A stretch of DNA of 64,000 nt from Parcubacteria group bacterium (GCA_041661275.1 JBAZUU010000003.1:25586-89585), one strand, 5' to 3'; positions 1 to 9,949 are shown, counted from the first letter of the stretch. The notes: generated by a model not told the origin, from the sequence alone. A program made the numbers and translations.

Positions 1-75
1 TTGACAAATTATATTGTTATGTGCTATTATTTTTTGACATCACAAGACTAGGTAAAAAGCTAATTTTTCATTCTT

Positions 76-1149
76 ATGAATCATAATACGACCCAAAAAT
101 TGGAAGACGTAAATAAGACGCAAAAAACCGGATCAAAACCGGATTTTTCTGGTTTGGTCAATCAAATCCTGTCATTTTTACCGGAGAGAACGCGAGATAT
201 TTTCAAAAGGCGATATGGATTGGCTCACGAAAAAGGGGAGACGCTGGAAAAAATCGGATCTGATTATGGCATAACCCGCGAGCGCGTTCGCCAGATCGTG
301 GCTGACGCTCAAAAAAATATTTCCGCCAATTTGAGCGAGACTGATTTTTTGCAGGCGGAAAATGGTTTGATTTTTACAATTGAAAAAAATAATGGTATAA
401 TTAAGGAAAGCGTAATAGTTAATCAATTCAATTCGGATGGGATCGCGACAGCGAATGCCATCAAGTTTTTGGCCGAATGTTCCTCTAGGATAAAAATAGC
501 CGAAGAAAAAGGGCTCTTGGAAAAATCCTGGGTCGCTTCTTCCCAGATGGAAGAAAAAGCCAAAAAAGTAGCGCAAAAAGCGGAAGAAATTCTCAAAAAC
601 GAAAAAAAGACATATTCTGCGGAAAAAATGAGCGAAGAGTTGAGAAAAATCTTTCCGGAGATGAGTGAACAGGAGATAATGAACTATCTGGAAGTGTCCG
701 TCAGGGTAAAAAAGAACAAATTTGGAAAATGGGGGATATATAACTGGCCGGAAATCAGCCCAAAAGGAACAAGAGAAAAAGTTTATCTGATCCTCAAAGA
801 GAAGAAACAGCCCCTTCATTTTGCTGAAATTGCCAAGTTGATTGATGAATATAAACTGGGAACAAAGAAAGCTCATCCGCAAACGGTGCACAACGAATTG
901 ATCAAAGACGATCGTTTCGTGCTCATCGGTCGGGGAATGTATGCTTTGGCCGAATGGGGATATAAGGAAGGAACAATTAAAGATGTTCTTCAGGAAATCA
1001 TTGAAAAAAGCGGACATCCATTGAAGCGAGAAGAGATCCTTCGGGAAGTGATGAAGCGCCGAAAAGTGAAAAAAAGCACAGTGCTCATCAATCTTAATAA
1101 TCGTGGAATATTTGAAAAACAAAAAGATCATTACTCTTTGAAAAGATAG
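76..1149 (+). CDS. Sigma-70 region 4-like HTH domain protein (N-terminal sigma region 4.2 motif only, long uncharacterised C-terminus)
   Basis: ORF track 357 aa. Motif ETLEKIGSDYGITRERVRQIVADAQKNI resembles sigma-70 region 4.2 (TLEEVG..GVTRERIRQIEAKAL). Confidence 0.55.
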   Translation: MNHNTTQKLEDVNKTQKTGSKPDFSGLVNQILSFLPERTRDIFKRRYGLAHEKGETLEKIGSDYGITRERVRQIVADAQKNISANLSETDFLQAENGLIFTIEKNNGIIKESVIVNQFNSDGIATANAIKFLAECSSRIKIAEEKGLLEKSWVASSQMEEKAKKVAQKAEEILKNEKKTYSAEKMSEELRKIFPEMSEQEIMNYLEVSVRVKKNKFGKWGIYNWPEISPKGTREKVYLILKEKKQPLHFAEIAKLIDEYKLGTKKAHPQTVHNELIKDDRFVLIGRGMYALAEWGYKEGTIKDVLQEIIEKSGHPLKREEILREVMKRRKVKKSTVLINLNNRGIFEKQKDHYSLKR

Positions 1150-1346
1150 CCCTGATGCTTTACGCGATTGTCTCTGCCGATACGCGCTTCGGCGCGGTAG
1201 TTTGGTTGAAGTAGCTAATTCCGACAGTACGGCTAGATAATCATATCAAAAAACTATCAAGCGCCTCCGTAAGCGTATCGCCATCAACAATCGCGTAAAG
1301 CATATTATAAAACAAAAATATTTAATTTCTACAACGTTAGAAAAAA

Positions 1347-2618
1347 ATGATTATAAACAGCGAACTTTTATATACTCTTCATATCCTCGGTGTAGCTTTT
1401 TATCACACCTGGTGGATAATCTTGCCTTTTGGTCTTTACTGGATTTTTAAAATTCTTCATACAGACTTTGTCTTTATCCGATCTTCCAACTCCTATTTCC
1501 GCAGTTTGCAATGGACGTTTTTAGAAGTTATTCCGCCCAAAGAAATTGAACGAGGGCCGAAAATGATGGAGTCTGTTTTTCAGGGTCTTTCTGGAGTGAC
1601 CACCACTCCTAATAATTTTGATCTCTGGGTCGACGGGAAGTGGATCCAGGATCGTTTTAGTTTTGAAATTTTTGGGGAGAACGGACAGGCTCATTTCATC
1701 ATCCGGGTTCAAAAAAGGCTGCGCAATATGGTGGAGGCTAATATATATGCCCAATATCCGGGCGCGGAGATTATGGAAGTGGATGATTACACACTCCGTT
1801 TCCCCAAGATTATGCCTAACAGAGATTGGGATTTTTGGGGAACGGATTTTAGATTTACCGCTCCCATCCCGATACCTATCAAAACATATGACAAATTTGA
1901 AGAAGATATCACCGGAGAAATGATTGATCCAATGTCTTCTCTTATGGAAGTCATTGGCACTTTGCCGCCCAACCAGTATATTTGGATGCAATATGCTATT
2001 GAGCCGAAACTGGAAAAGTGGAATTATGAGGACGCGCATAAGGTAGTTCTCGATAAGCTCAAAAAGAAAGAAAGTCCGGCCAAGATGAATTTTCTGGATC
2101 ATCTGATGGATGTTTTGTCCAATTTTTTCAAGGGCTTTTCAGCGCCACCGGAATTTGCCGTGGTCGCCAAAAATCAGGATCAGCCGCTGGAGTTCAAATT
2201 GAGCCCCCTGGAAAAAGATCTTTTGAAAGCGACAGAGGAAAAAATGGGAAAAAACATTTTCAATACAAAAATGAGATTTATCTATATCGGCAAGCGGGAA
2301 AATTTCGATAAGAATACAGTAGGCAATTTCATCGGCGGGATAAAACAATTCAACGACATGAACTATAATCAGGTTATTCCGGAAGACGTCAGCAAAACTT
2401 ACGGCAAAATATTTTTCAAGGATGTTACCGCCAGTTTCAGAAAAAGAAAAATATATAAAAGATATAGAGACAGGGATCCGACCGGGGTTACCGTTCTTTT
2501 TTCCACCAAAGAAATGGCCACTGTCTATCACTTTCCGGATATGGGAGTTAAATCTCCCGCTGTTCCGCGCGTGGCTTCGAAATTGGGCAGCGCCCCGGCT
2601 AATTTGCCGATAGAATAG
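1347..2618 (+). CDS. Hypothetical membrane-anchored protein (N-terminal TM helices), likely partner of the downstream ATPase
   Basis: 423-aa ORF with hydrophobic N-terminus (LHILGVAFYHTWWIILPFGLYWIFKIL). Its stop lies 3 nt before the next gene start. Confidence 0.5.
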   Translation: MIINSELLYTLHILGVAFYHTWWIILPFGLYWIFKILHTDFVFIRSSNSYFRSLQWTFLEVIPPKEIERGPKMMESVFQGLSGVTTTPNNFDLWVDGKWIQDRFSFEIFGENGQAHFIIRVQKRLRNMVEANIYAQYPGAEIMEVDDYTLRFPKIMPNRDWDFWGTDFRFTAPIPIPIKTYDKFEEDITGEMIDPMSSLMEVIGTLPPNQYIWMQYAIEPKLEKWNYEDAHKVVLDKLKKKESPAKMNFLDHLMDVLSNFFKGFSAPPEFAVVAKNQDQPLEFKLSPLEKDLLKATEEKMGKNIFNTKMRFIYIGKRENFDKNTVGNFIGGIKQFNDMNYNQVIPEDVSKTYGKIFFKDVTASFRKRKIYKRYRDRDPTGVTVLFSTKEMATVYHFPDMGVKSPAVPRVASKLGSAPANLPIE

Positions 2619-2621
2619 CTT

Positions 2622-4472
2622 ATGAATAAGATTAATTTCTTTGCTAAAACTAATTTCCGCAATCAGGAGAGGACGTTCGGGATAAAAAGGGAGGATCGTA
2701 CCCGCCACATGTATGTCATTGGAAAAACGGGTATGGGGAAAACGAATCTTCTGGAGAATATGGCCATTCAGGATATCCGTGATGGCGAGGGTGTTTGCGT
2801 TGTCGATCCGCACGGAGAATTTGCCGAAAAAATGTTGCGAGCCGTTCCGCCCGAGCGTATAAATGACGTTGTCTATTTCAATCCGGCGGACAAAGAATTT
2901 CCGGTGGCTTTTAATATTCTGGAAGCGGTTGATGAGGACAAAAAAAATCTGGTGGCTTCGGGTATGATGGGTGTTTTCAAAAAAATATGGCCGGACGTTT
3001 GGAGTCCGCGGATGGAATATATTCTCAATAATACAATTCTCGCTCTTCTTGATTATCCTGGCTCAACCATGCTTGGCGTCAACCGGATGATGTTTGACAA
3101 GGATTATCGGAAACGCGTTTATCCTAAAATAAAGGATCCGGTGGTCAAATCATTCTGGATCAACGAATTTGACAAATGGGAAGATAAATTCCGAAAAGAA
3201 GCAGTGGCGGCCATCCAAAATAAAGTCGGCCAATTTTTGTCTTCTGTCGTCATCCGCCATATTGTCGGCCAGCCGAAATCGACGATCGATATGCGAGAGA
3301 TTATGGATAACAAAAAAATTCTTATCGTCAATCTTTCGAAGGGCAGGATAGGAGAAGACGCTATGAGACTTTTGGGCGGTATGGTTGTAACAAAGATCCA
3401 GCTGGCGGCCATGGGAAGAGTGGATATCAATTCTGAAGATCGAAAAGACTTTTATCTCTATGTCGATGAATTCCAGAACTTTGCCACGGAGTCTTTTGCC
3501 AATATTTTATCCGAAGCCAGAAAATATCGCTTGAATCTGATCCTGGCTCACCAATATATCAATCAGCTGGTCTTTGATAATAATTCCGTGGTGCGTGACG
3601 CTGTTTTTGGCAACGTCGGAACGATGGTTACTTTTCGGGTTGGGGCGGATGACGCGGAATTTCTGGAAAAAGAATTCGAGCCGGTTTTTATGATGAATGA
3701 TCTGGTCAACTTGGCAAAATACAATGTTTATCTTAAGCTAATGATTGACGGGATAACCGGCGATGCTTTTTCCGCAACCACTTTACCACCGGCCGATCTG
3801 TCGGAGACTACCGGAAATGAAGAAAAAGCTATTAAGGTTTCCCGAGAAAGATATGGAAAAAGCCGAGCGGAAGTGGAAGAAAAGATCGCCCGCTGGAGCG
3901 GAATGATGGATATGGAAGAATATGATAATCTGGCCGCTAAAAGAAATAATAATGCCAGTCCGGCCGTCCCTATTGCTCCGCCCAGATTTAATCCGCCTGC
4001 AAATCAAGCAGTAACACAAGTCAGAAGAGAAGAAGTCAGAGAAAGAGTAGCTTATACGCCAAGACCAGCTAGTGTTTCTGTTTCGCCTCCAAAACCAGAT
4101 ATAAAACAAAATATTGAGGAAAAACCAATGTTTTCGGCGGTGTGCGACACGTGCGAGGAAAAAATCAGTGTTCCTTTCAAGCCCGATCCATCACGTCCAA
4201 CTTTTTGCAAAGAGTGCCTGAAGGATTATCAAAGGGCTAAAGCCCGGGCGCAAGCCAAGCCGGATAATTATCAAAAGCCTGATAATCGTTACGAAAAAAG
4301 AGAACCGGAAAAGAAAGAATATCAACCGAACGCTTTTGTCCCCAGGGAAAGACCGATGAGTCTCAATCAAATTTCGCATATGGCTCCCAAAAAATTCAAA
4401 CGCGCGCGGCCACAGGTAAATTTGAGCGAAGTGCGGGAATTAATTGATAAAACTAAAAAAAATGATAACTGA
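2622..4472 (+). CDS. P-loop NTPase of the VirD4/TraD/TrwB-like (DUF87/HerA-FtsK-like) family with C-terminal CxxC..CxxC zinc ribbon
   Basis: Walker A YVIGKTGMGKTNLLENM followed by VVDPHGEF (similar to DPKGE of coupling proteins). Walker B-like LYVDEFQNF. C-terminal CDTCEEK...CKEC zinc ribbon. Confidence 0.5.
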   Translation: MNKINFFAKTNFRNQERTFGIKREDRTRHMYVIGKTGMGKTNLLENMAIQDIRDGEGVCVVDPHGEFAEKMLRAVPPERINDVVYFNPADKEFPVAFNILEAVDEDKKNLVASGMMGVFKKIWPDVWSPRMEYILNNTILALLDYPGSTMLGVNRMMFDKDYRKRVYPKIKDPVVKSFWINEFDKWEDKFRKEAVAAIQNKVGQFLSSVVIRHIVGQPKSTIDMREIMDNKKILIVNLSKGRIGEDAMRLLGGMVVTKIQLAAMGRVDINSEDRKDFYLYVDEFQNFATESFANILSEARKYRLNLILAHQYINQLVFDNNSVVRDAVFGNVGTMVTFRVGADDAEFLEKEFEPVFMMNDLVNLAKYNVYLKLMIDGITGDAFSATTLPPADLSETTGNEEKAIKVSRERYGKSRAEVEEKIARWSGMMDMEEYDNLAAKRNNNASPAVPIAPPRFNPPANQAVTQVRREEVRERVAYTPRPASVSVSPPKPDIKQNIEEKPMFSAVCDTCEEKISVPFKPDPSRPTFCKECLKDYQRAKARAQAKPDNYQKPDNRYEKREPEKKEYQPNAFVPRERPMSLNQISHMAPKKFKRARPQVNLSEVRELIDKTKKNDN

Positions 4473-4737
4473 CCCAACGCAGATGAGCGACGAAGACAAA
4501 AAGAGAAAAAAACATTCCATCGAAATGGAAATGGTCATTTTAGAATCGGACCAAAAAAAGATGATCAGTCAAAAAACGGCGTTGGAAGCAGAAATCAGAA
4601 AATTGAAATATGATGAAGAAAGGATAAGGGTGACACTTGATGAAAAGAAAGAAGAACTGGAAAAAGCGACATATATTTTGACTCAAAATGAGGAGGAAGT
4701 GAAAAGGCTCAAAAAGCAACTTAATTTGGTAATATAA
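4462..4737 (+). CDS. Small coiled-coil hypothetical protein
   Basis: ORF track 4444..4737 starts at TTG. Internal ATG at 4462 overlaps the upstream stop by 11 nt. K/E-rich heptad-like sequence. Confidence 0.3.
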   Translation: MITDPTQMSDEDKKRKKHSIEMEMVILESDQKKMISQKTALEAEIRKLKYDEERIRVTLDEKKEELEKATYILTQNEEEVKRLKKQLNLVI

Positions 4738-4741
4738 AAGT

Positions 4742-4984
4742 ATGGCCGCGTCTTATTTAAAAGAAATTGTGACTAAAAGAGCCGAAGATATTAAGTTGGA
4801 ACTGGCTGGTTCGGAAAAAGATGCTATCTTTTATCTTGACAGAAAGCTAGACCATGAAGATATTGATTTTATCGGCGCCATGACCGAACTCCGGAAGAAA
4901 TTCGGCAGAAAATTTACCGAACCTGATTACAAATACATGGGCAATGAGATCCATAGGAAATTATATAATAAGCCTTATTTTTAA
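4742..4984 (+). CDS. Small hypothetical protein (80 aa)
   Basis: ORF track. Tightly spaced with its neighbours. Confidence 0.35.
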   Translation: MAASYLKEIVTKRAEDIKLELAGSEKDAIFYLDRKLDHEDIDFIGAMTELRKKFGRKFTEPDYKYMGNEIHRKLYNKPYF

Positions 4985-4995
4985 ATACAGAAAAT

Positions 4996-6849
4996 ATGAC
5001 AGCGAAAGAACTTCGTCAGAAATATTTGGATTTCTTTGAAAGCAGGGGACATGCAATTGTTCCAAGCGCTTCTTTGATTCCGGAAAATGACCCTACAACA
5101 CTCTTCACCGGTTCGGGAATGCAGCCGATGGTGCCATATCTTTTAGGAGAAAAACATCCATTGGGGACAAGAATTACTGATAGCCAAAAATCTTTTCGGA
5201 CTCAGGATATTGAAGAAGTGGGGGATAATCGGCATACTACTGTTTTTGAAATGTTGGGTAACTGGTCGCTTGGTGATTATTTCAAAAAAGAACAAATAAA
5301 TTGGATGTTTGAATTTTTGACCAATGAATTAAAACTAGATCCTGACCGTATATATGTAACAGTGTTTAGAGGAAATGAAAAGATAGGAATCCCAAGAGAT
5401 GACGAATCAGTAAAAATTTGGCAGGAAGTATTTAAAAAATCCGGAATTGAAGCAAGGCCAATTGATTTTTCTGAGCGGGATGGAATGCAGGGAGGAAGAA
5501 TCTTCTATTACGACGAAACAAAAAACTGGTGGTCGCGCGCCGGAGTGCCAGCCAATATGCCAGTAGGCGAGCCGGGAGGGCCTGACAGTGAAATGTTTTG
5601 GGATTTTGGAGTGGAACATAAGTTTCATGAAAATTCCAAATGGAAAGATGAGCCATGCCATATCAATTGTGATTGCGGAAGATTTTTGGAAATCGGAAAT
5701 AATGTCTTTATGGAGTATGTTAAAACGGAAAAAGGTTTTGAACTTCTGAAACAAAAAAATGTTGATTATGGAGGCGGGCTTGAACGCCAAATCGCAGCTA
5801 AGCTGGATACCCCAGATATATTTCTAACGGATATATTTACCCAAGCTATAAAAACAATTGAAAAACTATCAGGCAAGACATATTCTGGCAATGAAGAAGC
5901 GTTTCGAGTAATCCTGGACCACCTAAGGGCGTCTACACTCTTAATAGGCGATGGCGCATATCCGTCCAATAAGGATCAGGGATATTTTGTCAGAAGGCTT
6001 ATAAGGCGCGCTGTTAGATTTGCGCATAAGTTGGGTATAGAAAATAATTTCTGTTCCCAAATCGCGAAAGTTTATATTGAATATTACAAGGATCCATATA
6101 TAAGTCTTGAAAATGATAAAGAGAAAATTTTTAATGAGTTAGAAAATGAAGAAAATAAATTTAGAAAAACTCTTAAAAAGGGGGAATCTATGATAATAAA
6201 ATTAGAGGCGCACGATGTTACTGGAGAAGCTGCCTTTGATTTATATCAAACTTACGGATACCCAATAGAAATGGTAGAAGAGGCCGCCAAAGAAAGAGGC
6301 CTGAATATAGCAGACAATTTTAAGAATGTATTTCAGCAGGAGCTACAAAAACACCAAGATCTTTCCCGTACCGCTTCTGAAGGAAAATTTAAGGGCGGGC
6401 TGGCTGACCACAGCGAAAGGACTACTCAATTGCATACAACCGCGCATTTGATGCTGGCAGGACTGCGAAAAGTGCTGGGTGATCATATCCATCAGAAAGG
6501 ATCCAATATCAATGGCGAAAGAATCCGTTTTGACTTTTCGCACGGCGAAAAGATGACCGATGAACAAAAAAAAGCAGTAGAAGAATTTGTGAATACGGCC
6601 ATTAAGGCCGCGGTGCCGGTAACCCTGGAAGAAATGAGCCTAGAAGAGGCGCGGGAAGCTGGGGCGGAAGGCGCGTTTGAGGATAAATATGGTGACCGGG
6701 TGAAAGTATATACAATAGTTGGTTTTTCCAAAGAAATTTGCGGCGGCCCGCATGTAGAAAACACCGGCGATATCAAGGGTGTGTTTAAAATCACCAAAGA
6801 AGAGAGCTCCAGCGCGGGTGTGAGAAGGATAAAAGCGGTGGTGGAATAA
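4996..6849 (+). CDS. alaS: Alanine--tRNA ligase (short form lacking C-terminal C-Ala domain)
   Basis: N-terminus LRQKYLDFFESRGH and TGSGMQPM are classic AlaRS catalytic-domain motifs. Editing-domain HTTAHLMLAGLRKVLGDHIHQKGS (HxxxH) and C-terminal GGPH are present. Confidence 0.9.
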   Translation: MTAKELRQKYLDFFESRGHAIVPSASLIPENDPTTLFTGSGMQPMVPYLLGEKHPLGTRITDSQKSFRTQDIEEVGDNRHTTVFEMLGNWSLGDYFKKEQINWMFEFLTNELKLDPDRIYVTVFRGNEKIGIPRDDESVKIWQEVFKKSGIEARPIDFSERDGMQGGRIFYYDETKNWWSRAGVPANMPVGEPGGPDSEMFWDFGVEHKFHENSKWKDEPCHINCDCGRFLEIGNNVFMEYVKTEKGFELLKQKNVDYGGGLERQIAAKLDTPDIFLTDIFTQAIKTIEKLSGKTYSGNEEAFRVILDHLRASTLLIGDGAYPSNKDQGYFVRRLIRRAVRFAHKLGIENNFCSQIAKVYIEYYKDPYISLENDKEKIFNELENEENKFRKTLKKGESMIIKLEAHDVTGEAAFDLYQTYGYPIEMVEEAAKERGLNIADNFKNVFQQELQKHQDLSRTASEGKFKGGLADHSERTTQLHTTAHLMLAGLRKVLGDHIHQKGSNINGERIRFDFSHGEKMTDEQKKAVEEFVNTAIKAAVPVTLEEMSLEEAREAGAEGAFEDKYGDRVKVYTIVGFSKEICGGPHVENTGDIKGVFKITKEESSSAGVRRIKAVVE

Positions 6850-6850
6850 A

Positions 6851-6900
6851 TGTCAGAACCACTGATTATCACATGAACTTGCATGATTTCACTTGATTTT
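6851..6900. repeat. Solo copy of the AACCACTGATT repeat family immediately after the alaS stop
   Basis: cagaaccactgattatcacatgaacttgcatgatttcacttgat shares the core with 11319-11350. Confidence 0.45.
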
Positions 6901-6917
6901 TAAAACTATTAAATAAT

Positions 6918-7259
6918 ATGAAAATTGTTACTGATAAAATTACAATAGCTGAATTAAAAGAAATGTCCGGAAAAATGTTTGGTAATCTGGTCAAGGCTGT
7001 TGTGGATGTGGAAAAAGAAATTATGGCAGTAGATGCCGAACTTCATGCTGACGAAGAGGCCTTGATGTTGGAAAACGGATCAAAGCAGGAAAATCTTTGG
7101 GGGATAAATATTTACCCTGAAATGGAAGGCGAAGATTTTGTGGAATTTGATTCTATGATTAATATCCGTCCGGCGCAAAATAATCGCAGTCGAGGAGTTG
7201 AAAGTGAAGAAATGCAAAAAAGGATATTGGAAATTGTTAATAAGCTTGTAACTAAATGA
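6918..7259 (+). CDS. DUF5674-like small protein
   Basis: 113 aa, MKIVTDKITIAELKEMSGKMFGNLVKAVVDVEKEIMAVDAELHADEE...ENLWGINIYPE resembles the DUF5674 family. Its stop overlaps the next ORF (ATGA). Confidence 0.5.
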   Translation: MKIVTDKITIAELKEMSGKMFGNLVKAVVDVEKEIMAVDAELHADEEALMLENGSKQENLWGINIYPEMEGEDFVEFDSMINIRPAQNNRSRGVESEEMQKRILEIVNKLVTK

Positions 7260-7588
7260 ACATTCAACATAAAGAACTAGCCGGTGGACGGTGGAATAAA
7301 CTTTCTTTTTTTGAGCAGATGGCCAATGTTGGCAGTGAAGTAGAAAGAACAATAAAATGGAAAGACAAAAGTAACAAGGAATATTCTGAACTGGCCTTTT
7401 TTCGCGCGCTTGAACTGCTTGATTTGACTATTGCGGATAAAAAAAATATTTCTAAATTAAGAGAGATAGTCAGAGCGCGGGAGGCTCTGGCAGACTATTT
7501 TGTCTTTGATAATGAATATCACTCAACAGACAAGTCCTGGCAAAATTATTTTTACGCCTTCAGCTTTGCAGCCAGGCTGAATAACTGA
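7256..7588 (+). CDS. Hypothetical protein
   Basis: 110-aa ORF translationally coupled to the upstream gene. Confidence 0.45.
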   Translation: MNIQHKELAGGRWNKLSFFEQMANVGSEVERTIKWKDKSNKEYSELAFFRALELLDLTIADKKNISKLREIVRAREALADYFVFDNEYHSTDKSWQNYFYAFSFAARLNN

Positions 7589-7642
7589 CTTATTAGGTAA
7601 CTATACGATAAAAAGAATGGCCTCAAAAGGGTCTTTTTTCGT

Positions 7643-7671
7643 TTGACAGGCGGATAAAAATATGCTATAAT
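7643..7671 (+). promoter_or_regulatory. Sigma-70 consensus promoter TTGACA-N17-TATAAT
   Basis: ttgaca at 7643-7648 and tataat at 7666-7671 with a 17-nt spacer. It sits upstream of the structured leader and small ORF that precede tyrS. Confidence 0.6.
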
Positions 7672-7708
7672 GGACGGTTAGTTGATCGAACTTTGACAAT
7701 GAAATATG

Positions 7709-7775
7709 CCTACATTCGGCCACTTTTTGCCTTTACTTGGTTATCCATTTTGAGGCAAAAATTGGCTGAATGTGG
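7709..7775 (+). other. Long RNA hairpin (about 21 bp, 20/22 pairs) in the 5' leader
   Basis: cctacattcggccactttttgcc pairs with ggcaaaaattggctgaatgtgg, including one bulge and G-U pairs. Confidence 0.5.
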
Positions 7776-7815
7776 AAGAAAGATAATAAACCCGACAAAA
7801 TTCATAGGAGAAGAG

Positions 7816-7998
7816 ATGAAAAAGAATCTGATGGTAATTTTTGTTTGTGCAGCGCTGCTTTTTTCTGCAGCCGATGTTTTCGCAGTTTCCACGTCCAGAA
7901 CGTTTCTGGGCGACAATATTTCGTTGCCCAAAAATTTTGAAAATGAAACCTCAATCAGAGGTTTTTTATATTTCCAAAAAACCCTTGCTTGCTGGTAA
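7816..7998 (+). CDS. Small secreted protein (60 aa, signal peptide MKKNLMVIFVCAALLFSAADVFA)
   Basis: Strong SD aggagaagag then ATG. In frame within ORF-track ORF 7693..7998. Confidence 0.35.
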   Translation: MKKNLMVIFVCAALLFSAADVFAVSTSRTFLGDNISLPKNFENETSIRGFLYFQKTLACW

Positions 7999-8039
7999 AG
8001 TTTATGTTAAATTTGGCATAAATGTGATAAAATAAATTT

Positions 8040-9260
8040 ATGGTAAAAATAATCACTGACGAAAAACTAGTAGACGAATTTTTGGAACGCGGTGTGGCGG
8101 AAATTTATCCGGATAAAACCACTTTCAAGAAGAAACTTTTGAGCGGAGAAAAAATTCGTGTTTATTGTGGTTTTGATCCGAGCGCGCCGTCACTTCATAT
8201 TGGAAATGCCATTCTTATCAATAAATTATCTGAACTGCAGAAACTTGGTCATGAAGTGATATTTCTTATCGGTGATTTTACCGGAATGATCGGTGATCCG
8301 ACAGATAAATCTGCCGTCAGAAAAAAATTGACACGGGAAGAAGTTCTGGAAAACGCTAAAAATTATCAAAAGGAAGCTTCGGCCTATCTGTTTTTTGATA
8401 AAGAAAATCCAGCGACGGTAAAATACAACAGCGAATGGAATGATAAACTTTCCTATAGGGATCTTATGGAAGTGGCTTCCAATTTTACCGCCCAGCAAAT
8501 GTTTGCGCGAGATATGTTCCAGGAAAGGATAAAAAACGACAAACCGATCTATCTCCATGAATTTCTATATCCTTTGGCGCAAGCCTATGATTCAGTGGCG
8601 ATGGATGTGGATTTGGAAATTGGAGGCAATGACCAGATGTTCAATATGATGTGCGGACGAGATTTAATGAAAGCCATGAAAAACAAAGAAAAATTTGTGC
8701 TGACAATGAAGCTCCTGGCTGACAATGAAGGAAAGAAAATGGGAAAGAGCGAAGGAAATGTAGTTTGGCTTTCCGATAGTCCACAGAATATGTATGGCAA
8801 AGTGATGTCTTGGCCGGACGGAGTCATTGGGATTGGGTTTGAACTTTGTACGAATATTAAATTTAGCGAGGTAAAAGAAATATATGTTGAACTGGAAGAT
8901 GGAAAAATTAATCCTAGAGATCTGAAGATGAAGTTGGCGTATGAAATAACCAAAATTAATCATGGAGAGGAAAAAGCTGACGCGGCGCAGGATTATTTTG
9001 TAAAAACTATCCAAAAAAAAGAAATTCCGGATGATGTTTCTCCGTCGCTGCCTCCTCCGGGAGAAGTTACTCTTGTAGAATTTTTAGTTAGGGAAAACAT
9101 GGCCGAAAGCAAGGGTGATGCGCGTAGAAAAATTGAACAAGGCGGAGTAAGTATCGATGGTGAAATAATTAGAGATTACAAAGGTATTATTGATGAAAGT
9201 TGGGATGGAAAAATTGTAAAAGTCGGAAAGAAAAATTTTCGAAAAATTACGTTTGAATAG
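8040..9260 (+). CDS. tyrS: Tyrosine--tRNA ligase (bacterial type with C-terminal S4-like domain)
   Basis: HIGH motif (SLHIGN), KMSKS-like KMGKS, and a C-terminal S4-like domain (VREN...ARRKIEQGGVSIDGE). Confidence 0.9.
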   Translation: MVKIITDEKLVDEFLERGVAEIYPDKTTFKKKLLSGEKIRVYCGFDPSAPSLHIGNAILINKLSELQKLGHEVIFLIGDFTGMIGDPTDKSAVRKKLTREEVLENAKNYQKEASAYLFFDKENPATVKYNSEWNDKLSYRDLMEVASNFTAQQMFARDMFQERIKNDKPIYLHEFLYPLAQAYDSVAMDVDLEIGGNDQMFNMMCGRDLMKAMKNKEKFVLTMKLLADNEGKKMGKSEGNVVWLSDSPQNMYGKVMSWPDGVIGIGFELCTNIKFSEVKEIYVELEDGKINPRDLKMKLAYEITKINHGEEKADAAQDYFVKTIQKKEIPDDVSPSLPPPGEVTLVEFLVRENMAESKGDARRKIEQGGVSIDGEIIRDYKGIIDESWDGKIVKVGKKNFRKITFE

Positions 9261-9469
9261 CGATAATTCTTGCAAAATTTACTTTTATCTTTTACTTTTT
9301 AATTTTTACCTTGAAAAGTTATCCACAGTTCAAAAAAGGGCATTGACAAATATTCTAAAAGTTTTATATTTAAGACTGTGAGTAGTTTTTAATATAAAAA
9401 TTAATTTAACTAAAAAAACTATCTAGTAATTTTAAATTTTTTACACTGGATATTTTCCTACAATAAAAA

Positions 9470-9949
9470 ATGGAAGAAACAAATGGGGTAGGGACTACGC
9501 AATTTGGTTCCCACCTGACGCTAGACGGTTATGGCGGAGACTTTGACAAATTAAACAGCAAAGAAATAGTGTATAAGTGTCTCGACGAGCTTGTGGAAAA
9601 GTTAGGGATGCATAAGCTGACTGAACCGATGGTGGTGGAATGCGGCGCGGTCAATCCCAAAGATTCCGGAGGCTTTTCCGGGTTCACGATGATCATCGAA
9701 AGCCACATCAGTGTCCACACATTCCCGTATCGGAAGTTCGTCTCCGTGGATGCCTACACCTGCAAGGGCTCAATTGACAAAGAGTTTGTGGTAAATTATT
9801 TTAAAGAAGCATTCGGGCTGAAAGAAGTGGAAATAAACTATATCGTTCGCGGAAAGAAATTCCCGGCAGAAGATATAATCGTCAAAGAAGCTGAAGAAAC
9901 TGAACGAAGCGGCGTTGGAGCGTTGAATCTGCAAACGGAAAACATCTAG
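9470..9949 (+). CDS. speH: S-adenosylmethionine decarboxylase proenzyme (pyruvoyl-dependent, SpeH/class 1 type)
   Basis: Motif ESHISVHTFPY matches the ESH self-cleavage site of small AdoMetDCs. Size is 159 aa. Confidence 0.75.
   Translation: MEETNGVGTTQFGSHLTLDGYGGDFDKLNSKEIVYKCLDELVEKLGMHKLTEPMVVECGAVNPKDSGGFSGFTMIIESHISVHTFPYRKFVSVDAYTCKGSIDKEFVVNYFKEAFGLKEVEINYIVRGKKFPAEDIIVKEAEETERSGVGALNLQTENI

Noticed and set aside
7600-8040. T-box leader upstream of tyrS
   Set aside because: No T-box consensus sequence or specifier-loop architecture. Region is better explained by promoter, hairpin and small ORF.
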